This document shows positions 30,555 through 39,334 of a DNA stretch of 64,000 nucleotides, piece after piece. The position numbers were made by a program, and so were the translations under genes. Under the pieces are notes generated by a model. The model saw only the letters and a program-made list of their open reading frames with translations. It did no database searches and was not told where the DNA came from. Position 1 is the first letter of the stretch; every line of letters starts with the position of its first letter. This DNA comes from Spirochaetia bacterium. Lineage in GTDB: Bacteria; Spirochaetota; Spirochaetia; SZUA-6; Bin103. Where the stretch lies: contig CBDATQ010000001.1 of NCBI GenBank assembly GCA_965199955.1, positions 1,600,001 through 1,664,000 on the forward strand, given 5' to 3'.

Positions 30555-31538
30555 ATGGCAACGCTTGATCAGACCATACGAGATGTGAAGCCCCGCCAAC
30601 TCTTCTTCCGGATGGCTTGTGGCCCCTTCGGGGCAGCCTGGATCCTGCTCATGCTGGCGAGCGCCGCGTTCGCTCAGGAGTCCCAGGACGACGGGATCGT
30701 GACCCAGGGACTCGCCGTCGAGACGTTCTCGTGCGGGAACCTGGCCACCTCCTGCCCCGGGACCGCACGCCGCTTCATCGAGGCGCGGTGCGGGATCGTG
30801 GTCGCGCCGGATGGCACCCGCCTGCAGGTGCCCGCCCTGCCGGCCGGCGAGCCGGACCCCGCCGACCTGTACAACGACTGTACCGGTTCCGGCCACAACC
30901 CAGCTCACCTCCAGGACCTCGAGACCGTCGTGATCGACGCGGACGGGGAGGAGGTCACCGGGTACCTGTTCGGCGACAACTACTACGAGCTCTACGTCAA
31001 CGGCACGATCGTCGCCCGTGATCCCATCGGCTTCGTGCCGTTCAACTCCGGGGTCGTCCGCTTCAAGGCCCGGCGGCCGCTCACCTATGCCGTCAAGCTG
31101 GTCGACTGGGGCACGCATCTCGGCGTCGGCATGGAATACGACCGCTGGAACGTGGGCGACGGAGGCTTCATCGCGCGCTTCAGCGACGGCACCGAGACCG
31201 GAGCGGAGTGGAAGTGCCGGGCGCATTACATCAGCCCGATCGAGGACCGGTCCTGCATCCGGCCGGGACCTGACTCGTCGGCCTGTCCCGAGCGGCCGCC
31301 CTGCGTGGAGCGTGATCCGGCGTCGTGCCGCGCGCTGCACTTTCCGGTGCCCGAGGACTGGGCCTCCCCGGAATACGACGACTCGGCATGGCATCAGGCA
31401 TCCACCTATCGGGCGCGCGAAGTGACCAACCAGCGCGCGTACCGGGACTACCGGCGCGAGTTCGGGCGTGCCGACTTCATCTGGTCGCACAACCTCGACC
31501 AGGACAACCTGGTGCTGTGCCGGCTGCAGGTACCGTGA
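30555..31538 (+). CDS. Secreted Cys-rich hypothetical protein with a probable jelly-roll domain
   Basis: SD GGGAGG; signal peptide ending AFA; 'GDNYYELYVNG', 'GDGGFIARF', 'W..P.YDDSAW', 'ADFIWS'. Confidence 0.75.
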   Translation: MATLDQTIRDVKPRQLFFRMACGPFGAAWILLMLASAAFAQESQDDGIVTQGLAVETFSCGNLATSCPGTARRFIEARCGIVVAPDGTRLQVPALPAGEPDPADLYNDCTGSGHNPAHLQDLETVVIDADGEEVTGYLFGDNYYELYVNGTIVARDPIGFVPFNSGVVRFKARRPLTYAVKLVDWGTHLGVGMEYDRWNVGDGGFIARFSDGTETGAEWKCRAHYISPIEDRSCIRPGPDSSACPERPPCVERDPASCRALHFPVPEDWASPEYDDSAWHQASTYRAREVTNQRAYRDYRREFGRADFIWSHNLDQDNLVLCRLQVP

Positions 31539-31557
31539 CGGAGGCGCAAGGCGCCGT

Positions 31558-31665
31558 TCAGCCGTCCGGCGCATGCGGATGGCGGTGGTGGGCTCCGCAG
31601 AGAAATCTTGAATTCCCGGGACCGGCATCGCCGCCAAGCGCATAGGGGAGGATGTGGTCTATCTC
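31558..31665 (-). pseudogene. HNH endonuclease C-terminal remnant
   Basis: 'EIDHILPYALGGDAGPGNSRFLCGAHH' matches the HNH motif DHxxPxxxGG...NxxxLCxxHH. The upstream CxxC is absent. Confidence 0.65.
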
Positions 31666-31922
31666 GTCGGGTCGGCGACGGCGCGGAGGTCGTCCTGGGG
31701 CCGCGACGTCCCCTCCGGCGTCGGAGTCGTGCCGGCGAGGATCGCCGCGTCCCGCACCGTCACGGCGTGACCGGATTCCGTCGCGGTCTGCTCCTTCACC
31801 GCCGGAGCGGGCTCGGATTCGCCCTGTGCCGCCTGGCTTCCGGCGCGCGCCCGGCATGGCGGCCGGCTGCCTTGAGGGCGGAATGGACAACGAGCTGGTT
31901 CGCCCGTGCCGCCGGCCGTCGC

Positions 31923-32348
31923 TCAGCTCTCGGGCGGCTGCGGAAAGGGATTCTCGATCGTCAGGCCTTCGATGGTCTGGCCGTGGCTCAAGCTCTCACT
32001 GAGCAGTCCGGCGCAGCCGGCCTCCAGCGCCGCGGCGATGTTCAGGGCGTCGTGAAATCGGTACCGATAGCGCGACTGGATGTCCAGAGCGCGGCGGTAG
32101 AGTCCCCGGCTCGGACCGACGGAGCGGAGAGGCAGGAGCACGTCGTCGAGAAAGCGCCGGGCTTGGTCCTCTGTCATCGGCGCCGGGACCTTGCGGGTCA
32201 GGGCGTCGAGCGTCTCCGCTACGACCTGGTGGCTGATCGTCCAGCTCTCCTGAAGCGCCGATCGCACGATGGCCCGGGCCCTGCCCTGCCTGGCCGGGTC
32301 GGTCGCGTCGAACAGGGAGACGAAGACGCTGCTGTCGACGAAGTTCAT
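31923..32348 (-). CDS. PIN-domain (VapC-like) protein, orphan
   Basis: 'MNFVDSSVFV', 'SHQVVAE', 'FHDALNIAAALEAGC..LLSESL.HGQ..IENPF'. Confidence 0.85.
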   Translation of the reverse strand: MNFVDSSVFVSLFDATDPARQGRARAIVRSALQESWTISHQVVAETLDALTRKVPAPMTEDQARRFLDDVLLPLRSVGPSRGLYRRALDIQSRYRYRFHDALNIAAALEAGCAGLLSESLSHGQTIEGLTIENPFPQPPES

Positions 32349-32416
32349 GACAGCACGATGACACGAACATCCGTTGCGCGACATTCGTGCATAGTTACGG
32401 GCGCAGGCGAGGCGCG

Positions 32417-33691
32417 GTGGCAGACGAGAGATTGCAGCGTTCCGAGTGGGAATACGCGCGGGCGTTGCGCACGGTAGCGGAGGGGACGACCCAGTCCAGG
32501 ACTCCGGCGACGCTGATCCCGGGCGTCTATCCGATCTTCGGGGCGCGCGGGCAGGGCGCGTACATCTGGGACGTGGACGGCAACCGGTACGTGGACTGGA
32601 TCCTGTGCTTCGGCACCATCGTGCTCGGCCACAGCCATCCGGTGGTGAACGCCGCGGCGAACAGGGAGATCGAGGAGGGGTTCGCACTGCCGCTGACCCG
32701 TCCGGTGCAGACCGAGCTGGCCGAGACGCTGGTCGGGCTCATCCCGTGCGCGGAGCAGGTCCTGTTCATGAAGGCCGGCTCGGAGGCGACCTCGGCCGCC
32801 GTGCGGCTGGCACGCCTGGCGACCGGCCGCGACCGGATCGTGCGGCTGGGCTACCACGGCTGGCACGACTGGTCGTGCACGCGCGATGCCGGCATCCCGG
32901 CCGTGGTGCGCGACCTCACCCTCACCTTCGAGTACAACGACCTGGACTCGCTGCGCGACGTGCTGGAGGCGCACCGGGACCAGGTCGCCTGCGTGATCAT
33001 GTGGCCGTGCGAGATCGAGACTCCGAAGCCGGGCTTCCTGGAAGGAGTCCGGGAGCTCACGCACGAGCACGGTGCGCTATTCATCCTGGACGAGATCCGC
33101 ACCGGGTTCCGCCTTGCGCTCGGCGGGGCGCAGCAGCATTTCGGCGTGGTGCCCGACCTGGCCACGTTCGGCAAGGCGCTGGCCAACGGCTTCACGCTGT
33201 CGGTGGTGGCCGGCCGCGCCGAGCACATGCGGCACGTGAGCGAGTCCTGGTTCTCGTCCACGTTCAACACCAGCTCGATGGAGCAGGCGGCGGCGCTGGC
33301 GACGATCGGCGAGCTGCGGCGCACGGACGGCATGAGCCACATCTGGCGGATCGGCCGCCGGCTCATGGAGGGCCTCGACGGCCTGGCGCAGGCCCACGGT
33401 GTGGAGGCGAAAGCCGTCAGCCTGCCGCCGACGCCGTACCTGCAGTTCACCTGCCGGGATCCCGACCTCCGCGAAGCGGTCAAGCAGATCTTCTTCACGG
33501 AGACGGTCCAGCGCGGGATCTTCTTCCACCCTCATCATCACTGGTTCGTGAGCGCCGCCCACGGTGAGGCGGAGCTGGCCGAGACGCTGGAGGCCAGCGA
33601 GCACGGCTTTCGTGCGGTCCGCCGCGCGATCGACTCCGGACGGGCGCTGTCCGCGGCGGCCGCCGGAGCGCTGGAAGGAGGGGTGCGGTGA
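32417..33691 (+). CDS. Class-III PLP aminotransferase (GSA-aminomutase-like)
   Basis: 'GAYIWDVDGNRYVD', 'GSEATSAAVR', 'YHGWHDW', 'DEIRTGFR', 'TFGKALANG'. Confidence 0.9.
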   Translation: MADERLQRSEWEYARALRTVAEGTTQSRTPATLIPGVYPIFGARGQGAYIWDVDGNRYVDWILCFGTIVLGHSHPVVNAAANREIEEGFALPLTRPVQTELAETLVGLIPCAEQVLFMKAGSEATSAAVRLARLATGRDRIVRLGYHGWHDWSCTRDAGIPAVVRDLTLTFEYNDLDSLRDVLEAHRDQVACVIMWPCEIETPKPGFLEGVRELTHEHGALFILDEIRTGFRLALGGAQQHFGVVPDLATFGKALANGFTLSVVAGRAEHMRHVSESWFSSTFNTSSMEQAAALATIGELRRTDGMSHIWRIGRRLMEGLDGLAQAHGVEAKAVSLPPTPYLQFTCRDPDLREAVKQIFFTETVQRGIFFHPHHHWFVSAAHGEAELAETLEASEHGFRAVRRAIDSGRALSAAAAGALEGGVR

Positions 33692-34575
33692 GCGAGACCG
33701 CCCTGGCCAACCGCATTCTCGGATATCCGCCGGACGCGCGCCTGCTGATCGTCAACGCCGACGACTTCGGCATGTGCCACACCCAGAACGTGGGCACCCT
33801 CCGGGCGATGCGCGAGGGACTGGTGCGCTCCTGCTCGCTGATGGCGCCGCCGGCGTGGGCGACGCACGGCGCACAGCTTCTGCGCGAGAACCCGGACGTG
33901 CCCTTCGGCGTGCACCTCACGCTGGTCAGCGAGTTCCGCACCTACCGCTGGGGACCGCTGCTGCCGGGCGAGGAGGTAGGCTCGCTGGTGGACGAATCCG
34001 GATATTTCCATCCCGACGACCGGATCCCGGAGTTGGTCGGCAACCTCCTGCTGCACGAGGCGGAGCGGGAGTTCCGGGCGCAGATCGAGTGGGTGCTTGC
34101 GAGCGGGCTCGCGCCCGCCCACCTGGACAGCCACTACCACGTGCACGAAGAGCGCGACGACCTGTTCGACCTGTCCGTCGACTTGGCGCTGGAATACGGG
34201 CTGGCCCTGAGGACACGCGACCCGGCGCACATCCGGGCGCTGCGCGCCCGCGGCTACCCGACCAACGACCACGACATCCTGGACTCGGGACGGCACGCGC
34301 CCGCGGACAAGCCGGTCGCGTTCGCGAAGCTGCTGCGCGAGCTGCCGGAGGGGGTCAGCGAGTGGGCGTTCCACCCCGCCGTGGTGACCGCGGAGCTGGA
34401 GGCGATCATGGTCGCCCCGCGCATTCCCGGCGTCACCGCCGTGCCCGCCGACCGGCAGTCGGACTTCGACTTCATCACCTCCGCGGAGGCGGCGGCGACC
34501 GTCGCCGAGGAGGGCATCGAGCTGATCACCTACGCGGACCTGCAGTCCTTCTGGCAGCGGGGCCCGACGGGATGA
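33688..34575 (+). CDS. YdjC/ChbG family carbohydrate deacetylase
   Basis: 'LLIVNADDFG', 'GVHLTL', 'HLDSH', 'FHP'; GTGA overlap with the upstream gene. Confidence 0.88.
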   Translation: MSETALANRILGYPPDARLLIVNADDFGMCHTQNVGTLRAMREGLVRSCSLMAPPAWATHGAQLLRENPDVPFGVHLTLVSEFRTYRWGPLLPGEEVGSLVDESGYFHPDDRIPELVGNLLLHEAEREFRAQIEWVLASGLAPAHLDSHYHVHEERDDLFDLSVDLALEYGLALRTRDPAHIRALRARGYPTNDHDILDSGRHAPADKPVAFAKLLRELPEGVSEWAFHPAVVTAELEAIMVAPRIPGVTAVPADRQSDFDFITSAEAAATVAEEGIELITYADLQSFWQRGPTG

Positions 34576-34615
34576 GCATCGAGTAGCGCAGCGCCGTACG
34601 CCGGCGCGTCCGGTC

Positions 34616-37543
34616 GTGCCGCGTGGTATCTTCGCACCGGCCCGGCGACGGGCCGCTCTCGGCATGGCGACGGCGGCGGCGCGACGACTCCCGGCAGCCT
34701 TTGCGCTGCACACGGCGGCCGGCAAGCGCCGGGTGATCGGCGTCGCCCTGCTGCTGGCCATCCTGCTGCCGTTCGCGGGGCTCAACCGCCTGCCCAAGCT
34801 CGACACGGTGCGCGCCGACCTTGCGGCGGCGCTGGCGCCCACCGCCGAGTGCTTCCAGGGCTTCTGCGTCGAAGCGGATCCGGAGTCCACGTTCCTGGCG
34901 CGCTGGTGGCGGTTCTCGACCACCTACCTGCGCCTGGTGGCGATCGGCATGGCGTTCGCGTTCGCCGCGGCGGGCATAGCCGAGGCGTTCCTGGTGCCGA
35001 GGGTGGGCGACGGGCAGGTCCCGGCCGTGCGCGCCCGCGGCCGGTTGCGGCGCATCCTCACGGGGCTGGGCATGGGGCCGGTGGTGAACCTCTGCTCGGC
35101 CTGCGTGGTGCCGGTGTCCAGCGCCGCGCGCCGGGGCGGACTGGGCGTGGAGGGGGCGCTGGCGCTCGTGCACGGCTCGGCGGTCCTCAACGTGCCGTCA
35201 CTCCTGATGATCGCCGTGATCTTCACTCCGGCGATCGGCGCCAGCCGGCTGCTCCTGGGGGCCGCGGCGGCGTTCCTGCTCGGTCTGCTGGTGGCCGCCG
35301 TGGCCGGCCGCCGGGCGGCGGCTGGCGGCGCGTGCGATCTGGCGCCGCGGTCCGTGCCCGACCCCGCCGCCACCTGGGGGCAGGTGCTGGCCGACGGGCT
35401 GCCGGCCTGGTGGCGCGCCTCCGGCCGCATGCTGCTGCAGATGGGGCCGATCATGGTGGCCGCCGGCCTGGTGTCCGGCGTCGCCATCCAGGTGCTCAGC
35501 CCGGAGACGGTGGAGGCGTTCCTGGGCGACAACCTGGCCGGGGTCCTGGTCGCGGCGACGCTCGGCGTGCTGATCAACGTGCCGCTGCTGTTCGAGATCC
35601 CGCTGGTGACCGTGCTGCTGCTGCTGGGGGCCGGCAGCGCGCCCGCGGCGGCGCTGCTGTTCGCGGCCGCGGCCGGCGGGCCGGTCACCTTCTGGGGCCT
35701 GTCGCGGGCGATCCCGTGGCGCGGGATCGGCGCCTATGCCGCCGGCACCTGGGCGATCGCGGCCGCCGGCGGGCTCGCGGTCCTGGGCGTGAGCCCGCTG
35801 CTGCCGGAACGGCCGGCGCTGCGCCTGCACGCCGCCGAGCCGGCCGTGCGGGCCGCCGAGTCGGGGGTGCAGGCCCGTGCTGCAGCGGCGCTGGACCCGG
35901 CGGTTGCCGCCCGCTTCCCCCCGCTGCGCTTCACGGACGTCAGCATCGAGTCGGGCGTGTCGGGCGACACGTACCACTCGCGCTCCGCACACAGCCTGGG
36001 CGTCAACTGGGTCGACGTGGACCGCGACGGCCGCCCGGACCTGTTCGCCGTCGGCGGCGACCCGGAGTTCCCGCCGCGGCTGTTCCGCAACCTCGGGGAC
36101 GGCACGTTCGAGGCTGCGCACCACCTGCTCCCGGAGCTCCCCGCGTACGAGATGTCGGGCTCGCTCTTCACCGACTACGACAACGACGGCGATGCCGACA
36201 TCTACGTCTACACCGACCGGCAGGAGTGGTACCCGCACGGCAGCAACGTGCCGGACGGCCCGCCCAACCTGCTGCTGAAGAACCTTCTCGCCGAGCACGG
36301 CGGCCGCATCCCGGCCGGCCGGCCGCTGTTCGAGGAGGTGGCCGCGCCCGCCGGCGTAGACGACCTCGCCCCCGAGCCGTTCGGAGAGCAGCCGGCCTAT
36401 CGTACCAAGGCGGCGGCGTGGCTGGGCTACGACCGCGACGGCTGCGTCGACCTGTACGTCGGCCACTCGGTCATCAACCGGGCCGGCCTGGAGGCGCAGC
36501 GCGACCGGCTGTACCGCAACCGCTGCGACGGTACCTTCGAGCCGGTCGCCGTGCCCACGAGCGCGCTGCGGTCGGGCTTCGCGGTGCTGGCGGCCCACCT
36601 CGACGGCGACCTGTGGCCTGACGTGTACGTGGGAAACGTGAGCTACGACCTGTCGTGGCCGCACCACTGGGACCAGATCTACCGCAACCGCGGCGGCGTG
36701 CTGGTGGAGCTGCCGCCGGAGGCGATCCCGGGGGTGGGCGACGACGCGCAGGCGGCCATGGGCATCGACGTGGCGGACGTCGACCTGGACGGCCGCTGGG
36801 ACCTGTACATCTCCGACCTGCTGGACGGCACGCCGCACGAGAGCCCGCCGTTCGGGAACGTGCTCTATATGGGAGGCGAGGGGGCCCTGCTCGAAGACAA
36901 CGTCGCCGTGGCTGCCGGCGTCGCCGGCGACGACTCCTGGGGAGTCAACTTCCTCGACGCCGACCACGACGGCTGGGAGGACCTGTATGTGGCGACCATG
37001 ATGGGCGCCGGGAGCGAGCTGCTGTTCGCCAACAACCGCGACGGCACGTTCACCAACGTAGCCGCCGCCGCCGGCTACCGGACCGGCGCCAGCCGCGGCA
37101 GTGCCGTGGCCGACTACGACGGTGACGGCGACCTGGACATCGCCGTGGTCAACCACCACGTGTGCGGCAACACCCGTCCGGCCTGCTCGCTGCAGTTGCT
37201 CCGCAACGACACGCCCGCGGTCGGCGGCTGGCTGCAGCTCCGGCTGACCGGCACGCGCAGCAACCGGGACGCCATCGGCGCCGTGGTCCGGGTGCGGGCC
37301 GGCGAGCTCGCCATGATGCGCCAGGTCAAGGGCGGCTCGGGCGGCCACTCGCAGAGCACCCTGACCGTCCATTTCGGCTTGGGAGAGGCGAGAATGGCCG
37401 ACGTGGTCGAGATCGACTGGCCCTCCGGCCTGCGCACCCGCTGGCGCCGCCAGGAAGCGAACCGTCGGATCGAGGTGATCGAGGGGCAAGCCTGCCGCTC
37501 CGGCGACCTGACCGGCTGCACGGAGGTGGATACCGGCCGCTGA
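34616..37543 (+). CDS. Fusion of DUF318/ArsP-type permease with an ASPIC/UnbV (CRTAC1-like) FG-GAP domain
   Basis: The N-terminal ~400 aa is multi-TM with 'NLCSACVVP', 'AVLNVPS', 'EIPLV'. The C-terminal ~540 aa has DxDxDG repeats and 'GTRSNRDAIGA...HFGLG...IDWPSG'. Confidence 0.8.
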   Translation: MPRGIFAPARRRAALGMATAAARRLPAAFALHTAAGKRRVIGVALLLAILLPFAGLNRLPKLDTVRADLAAALAPTAECFQGFCVEADPESTFLARWWRFSTTYLRLVAIGMAFAFAAAGIAEAFLVPRVGDGQVPAVRARGRLRRILTGLGMGPVVNLCSACVVPVSSAARRGGLGVEGALALVHGSAVLNVPSLLMIAVIFTPAIGASRLLLGAAAAFLLGLLVAAVAGRRAAAGGACDLAPRSVPDPAATWGQVLADGLPAWWRASGRMLLQMGPIMVAAGLVSGVAIQVLSPETVEAFLGDNLAGVLVAATLGVLINVPLLFEIPLVTVLLLLGAGSAPAAALLFAAAAGGPVTFWGLSRAIPWRGIGAYAAGTWAIAAAGGLAVLGVSPLLPERPALRLHAAEPAVRAAESGVQARAAAALDPAVAARFPPLRFTDVSIESGVSGDTYHSRSAHSLGVNWVDVDRDGRPDLFAVGGDPEFPPRLFRNLGDGTFEAAHHLLPELPAYEMSGSLFTDYDNDGDADIYVYTDRQEWYPHGSNVPDGPPNLLLKNLLAEHGGRIPAGRPLFEEVAAPAGVDDLAPEPFGEQPAYRTKAAAWLGYDRDGCVDLYVGHSVINRAGLEAQRDRLYRNRCDGTFEPVAVPTSALRSGFAVLAAHLDGDLWPDVYVGNVSYDLSWPHHWDQIYRNRGGVLVELPPEAIPGVGDDAQAAMGIDVADVDLDGRWDLYISDLLDGTPHESPPFGNVLYMGGEGALLEDNVAVAAGVAGDDSWGVNFLDADHDGWEDLYVATMMGAGSELLFANNRDGTFTNVAAAAGYRTGASRGSAVADYDGDGDLDIAVVNHHVCGNTRPACSLQLLRNDTPAVGGWLQLRLTGTRSNRDAIGAVVRVRAGELAMMRQVKGGSGGHSQSTLTVHFGLGEARMADVVEIDWPSGLRTRWRRQEANRRIEVIEGQACRSGDLTGCTEVDTGR

Positions 37544-37549
37544 ACGCGG

Positions 37550-38131
37550 TTACTGGCGGTTGCTCGGTCGGTCCGACATCAGGGTCGCGACCTGCTCGCC
37601 CAAATCTGTAAGGCGATAGCCGGCCTCCAGGCTCAGCGTGAGGCCGAGCGCCTTGAGCTTGCGCACGTTCGCCTTGAAGGCCGGGGTCTCCCAGCCCATC
37701 CGCGGCGCCAAGTCGCCGGCGCGGGTGGCAGGATGGTCCCGGATGAGCGCCAGTACGTCAGCGGTCCAGGGCGTCGCACTACGGCGGTCGGTCGCCTGCA
37801 GGCGCGTCACCACCTCGTCGGCGCTCAGCTCGGGAAGGGGCTTGCCGGCCGGCTCGTCCGTCAGCTCGAACTCGACGCGGGTGACGTCCGCAGACTCCGG
37901 CAGCTTCAGGAATCCGGCTACCTCGGCGACGCTGTCGAATCCGGAGCGGCGGAGGTCACCGGCTTCGATGTCGCACAGGCGTAAGGGGAGCACGCCGGTC
38001 ACCCTGACGGCGCCGGACGGGCGCAGGCGGTAGACGCCGCCGACCGCCGCATGCGGGCGCTTCCAGTTGCGGAACGAAACGGTGATCCGGCCCGCCAGAA
38101 TGCCCCGGCTGCCCTGCGCGTCGAACTGCAT
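37550..38131 (-). CDS. ASCH-like domain protein with C-terminal winged helix
   Basis: 'GILAGRITVSFRNWKRP', 'DLRRSGF', 'FKANVRKLKALGLTLSLEAGYRL'. Confidence 0.75.
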   Translation of the reverse strand: MQFDAQGSRGILAGRITVSFRNWKRPHAAVGGVYRLRPSGAVRVTGVLPLRLCDIEAGDLRRSGFDSVAEVAGFLKLPESADVTRVEFELTDEPAGKPLPELSADEVVTRLQATDRRSATPWTADVLALIRDHPATRAGDLAPRMGWETPAFKANVRKLKALGLTLSLEAGYRLTDLGEQVATLMSDRPSNRQ

Positions 38132-38143
38132 CGGGTAAGTCGC

Positions 38144-39196
38144 TCAGCTACTGCGCAACTCGGCGAGCGTCTGCTCCACTCGCTCGCGAACGCCGCGGTC
38201 AGGGTCGGGGCCGGCGATCCGCATCGCCTCCCAGGCGCGCTCGAAGTGGCCGGAGCCGGCCTGCAAATCGTCGAGCGCCGACAGGATCTCGCCGAAGTAC
38301 GCCTGCGTGCGGGCGATCGGCTGCTTCGCTTCCCAATGCAGCGGGGAGCCGGCCGGCTGGTAGCGGACGTCGGCCGACAGGCGGATCGCCTCGGAACGGT
38401 TCGGCACTCCGGCGTGCAGCGTCTCGCCGGCGAAGATGACCGCGTCGCCGGGGTGGTAGTCGGAGCGCAGCCAGCCGCTCTCGGGGTCCTCCTCGCCATC
38501 GACCGGCTCGACCGTGCCGGCCACCGGGACGGCGCCGTCCCGACGCCATGCGTCTGCCTGCGTGGCGGTCGCGGGCACGCCCAGGAACTCCGTCCCCTTC
38601 CACCACGTCGCCCACAGGCCGTCGCGGTGCGACCGCCGCCGCAGCGCCAGACCGCCCGCCGACTGGTCGATGTCCATAAGCGGGAGCCAGCAGGTGAGCG
38701 TGTGTACGGGACGGAAGAAGTAGAAGTCCTGGTGCGCCGGCGTGCTGAAGGAGAAGCGCAGCGGTCCGCCGGCCCCGGCGTCGTCGGCGCGGTCGCCCGG
38801 CATGATGCGCAGGCGCGCCGCGCAGTCCTTCCAGACGAAGACCTCGCCGCCGACCAGCCGCTGCAGAAAGGCGACCAGCCCGGCCGAGTGGGCCAGCCGG
38901 CAGATGACGCCGTCCTCCGCCACTGCGGAGACGAGCGGCCCGTCCGAGGCCAGCTCGTTCTCCCGCGGCGCGCGGCCCGACCAGACCGGACGGTCCGACC
39001 CGGACGCCAAGCCGGCTTCTTCCAGATGGCGTGCCGCGAGCTCGCGCGCCTCGTCTACCAGGTCCGTATCGAGGAGCCCGCGGGCGAGCACGTATCCCTC
39101 TTCGGCGATCCGGCGCTGCAGCAGGGCCGGATCGGCATCGACAGGCGTCTCCAACAGCGGATTCACGATGGAACGTCCGGCCATCATAGCCGACAC
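38144..39196 (-). CDS. Phytanoyl-CoA dioxygenase (PhyH) family protein
   Basis: 'EEGYVLARGLL', 'TPAHQD', 'TCWLPL', 'PGDAVIF...LHAG', 'RLSADVRYQ'. Start may be GTG 39166. Confidence 0.88.
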   Translation of the reverse strand: MSAMMAGRSIVNPLLETPVDADPALLQRRIAEEGYVLARGLLDTDLVDEARELAARHLEEAGLASGSDRPVWSGRAPRENELASDGPLVSAVAEDGVICRLAHSAGLVAFLQRLVGGEVFVWKDCAARLRIMPGDRADDAGAGGPLRFSFSTPAHQDFYFFRPVHTLTCWLPLMDIDQSAGGLALRRRSHRDGLWATWWKGTEFLGVPATATQADAWRRDGAVPVAGTVEPVDGEEDPESGWLRSDYHPGDAVIFAGETLHAGVPNRSEAIRLSADVRYQPAGSPLHWEAKQPIARTQAYFGEILSALDDLQAGSGHFERAWEAMRIAGPDPDRGVRERVEQTLAELRSS

Positions 39197-39334
39197 GCCG
39201 GGCCCATGGGCTTACTTCGACGCCGAAACAGTGCGGAGCCGAAGCGGCTCTCGGCGACGGCGATGGAAGCGATCGACTCACGCCGGATGATGCGATCCAC
39301 GTGTACCCGGTAAGCTGCCGCTGGTAATCCGCTT

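Noticed and set aside
39197..39334. Possible gene fragment in the PhyH/GH20 intergenic region
   Set aside because: Short protein-like reading on the minus strand, but no motif I can assign.
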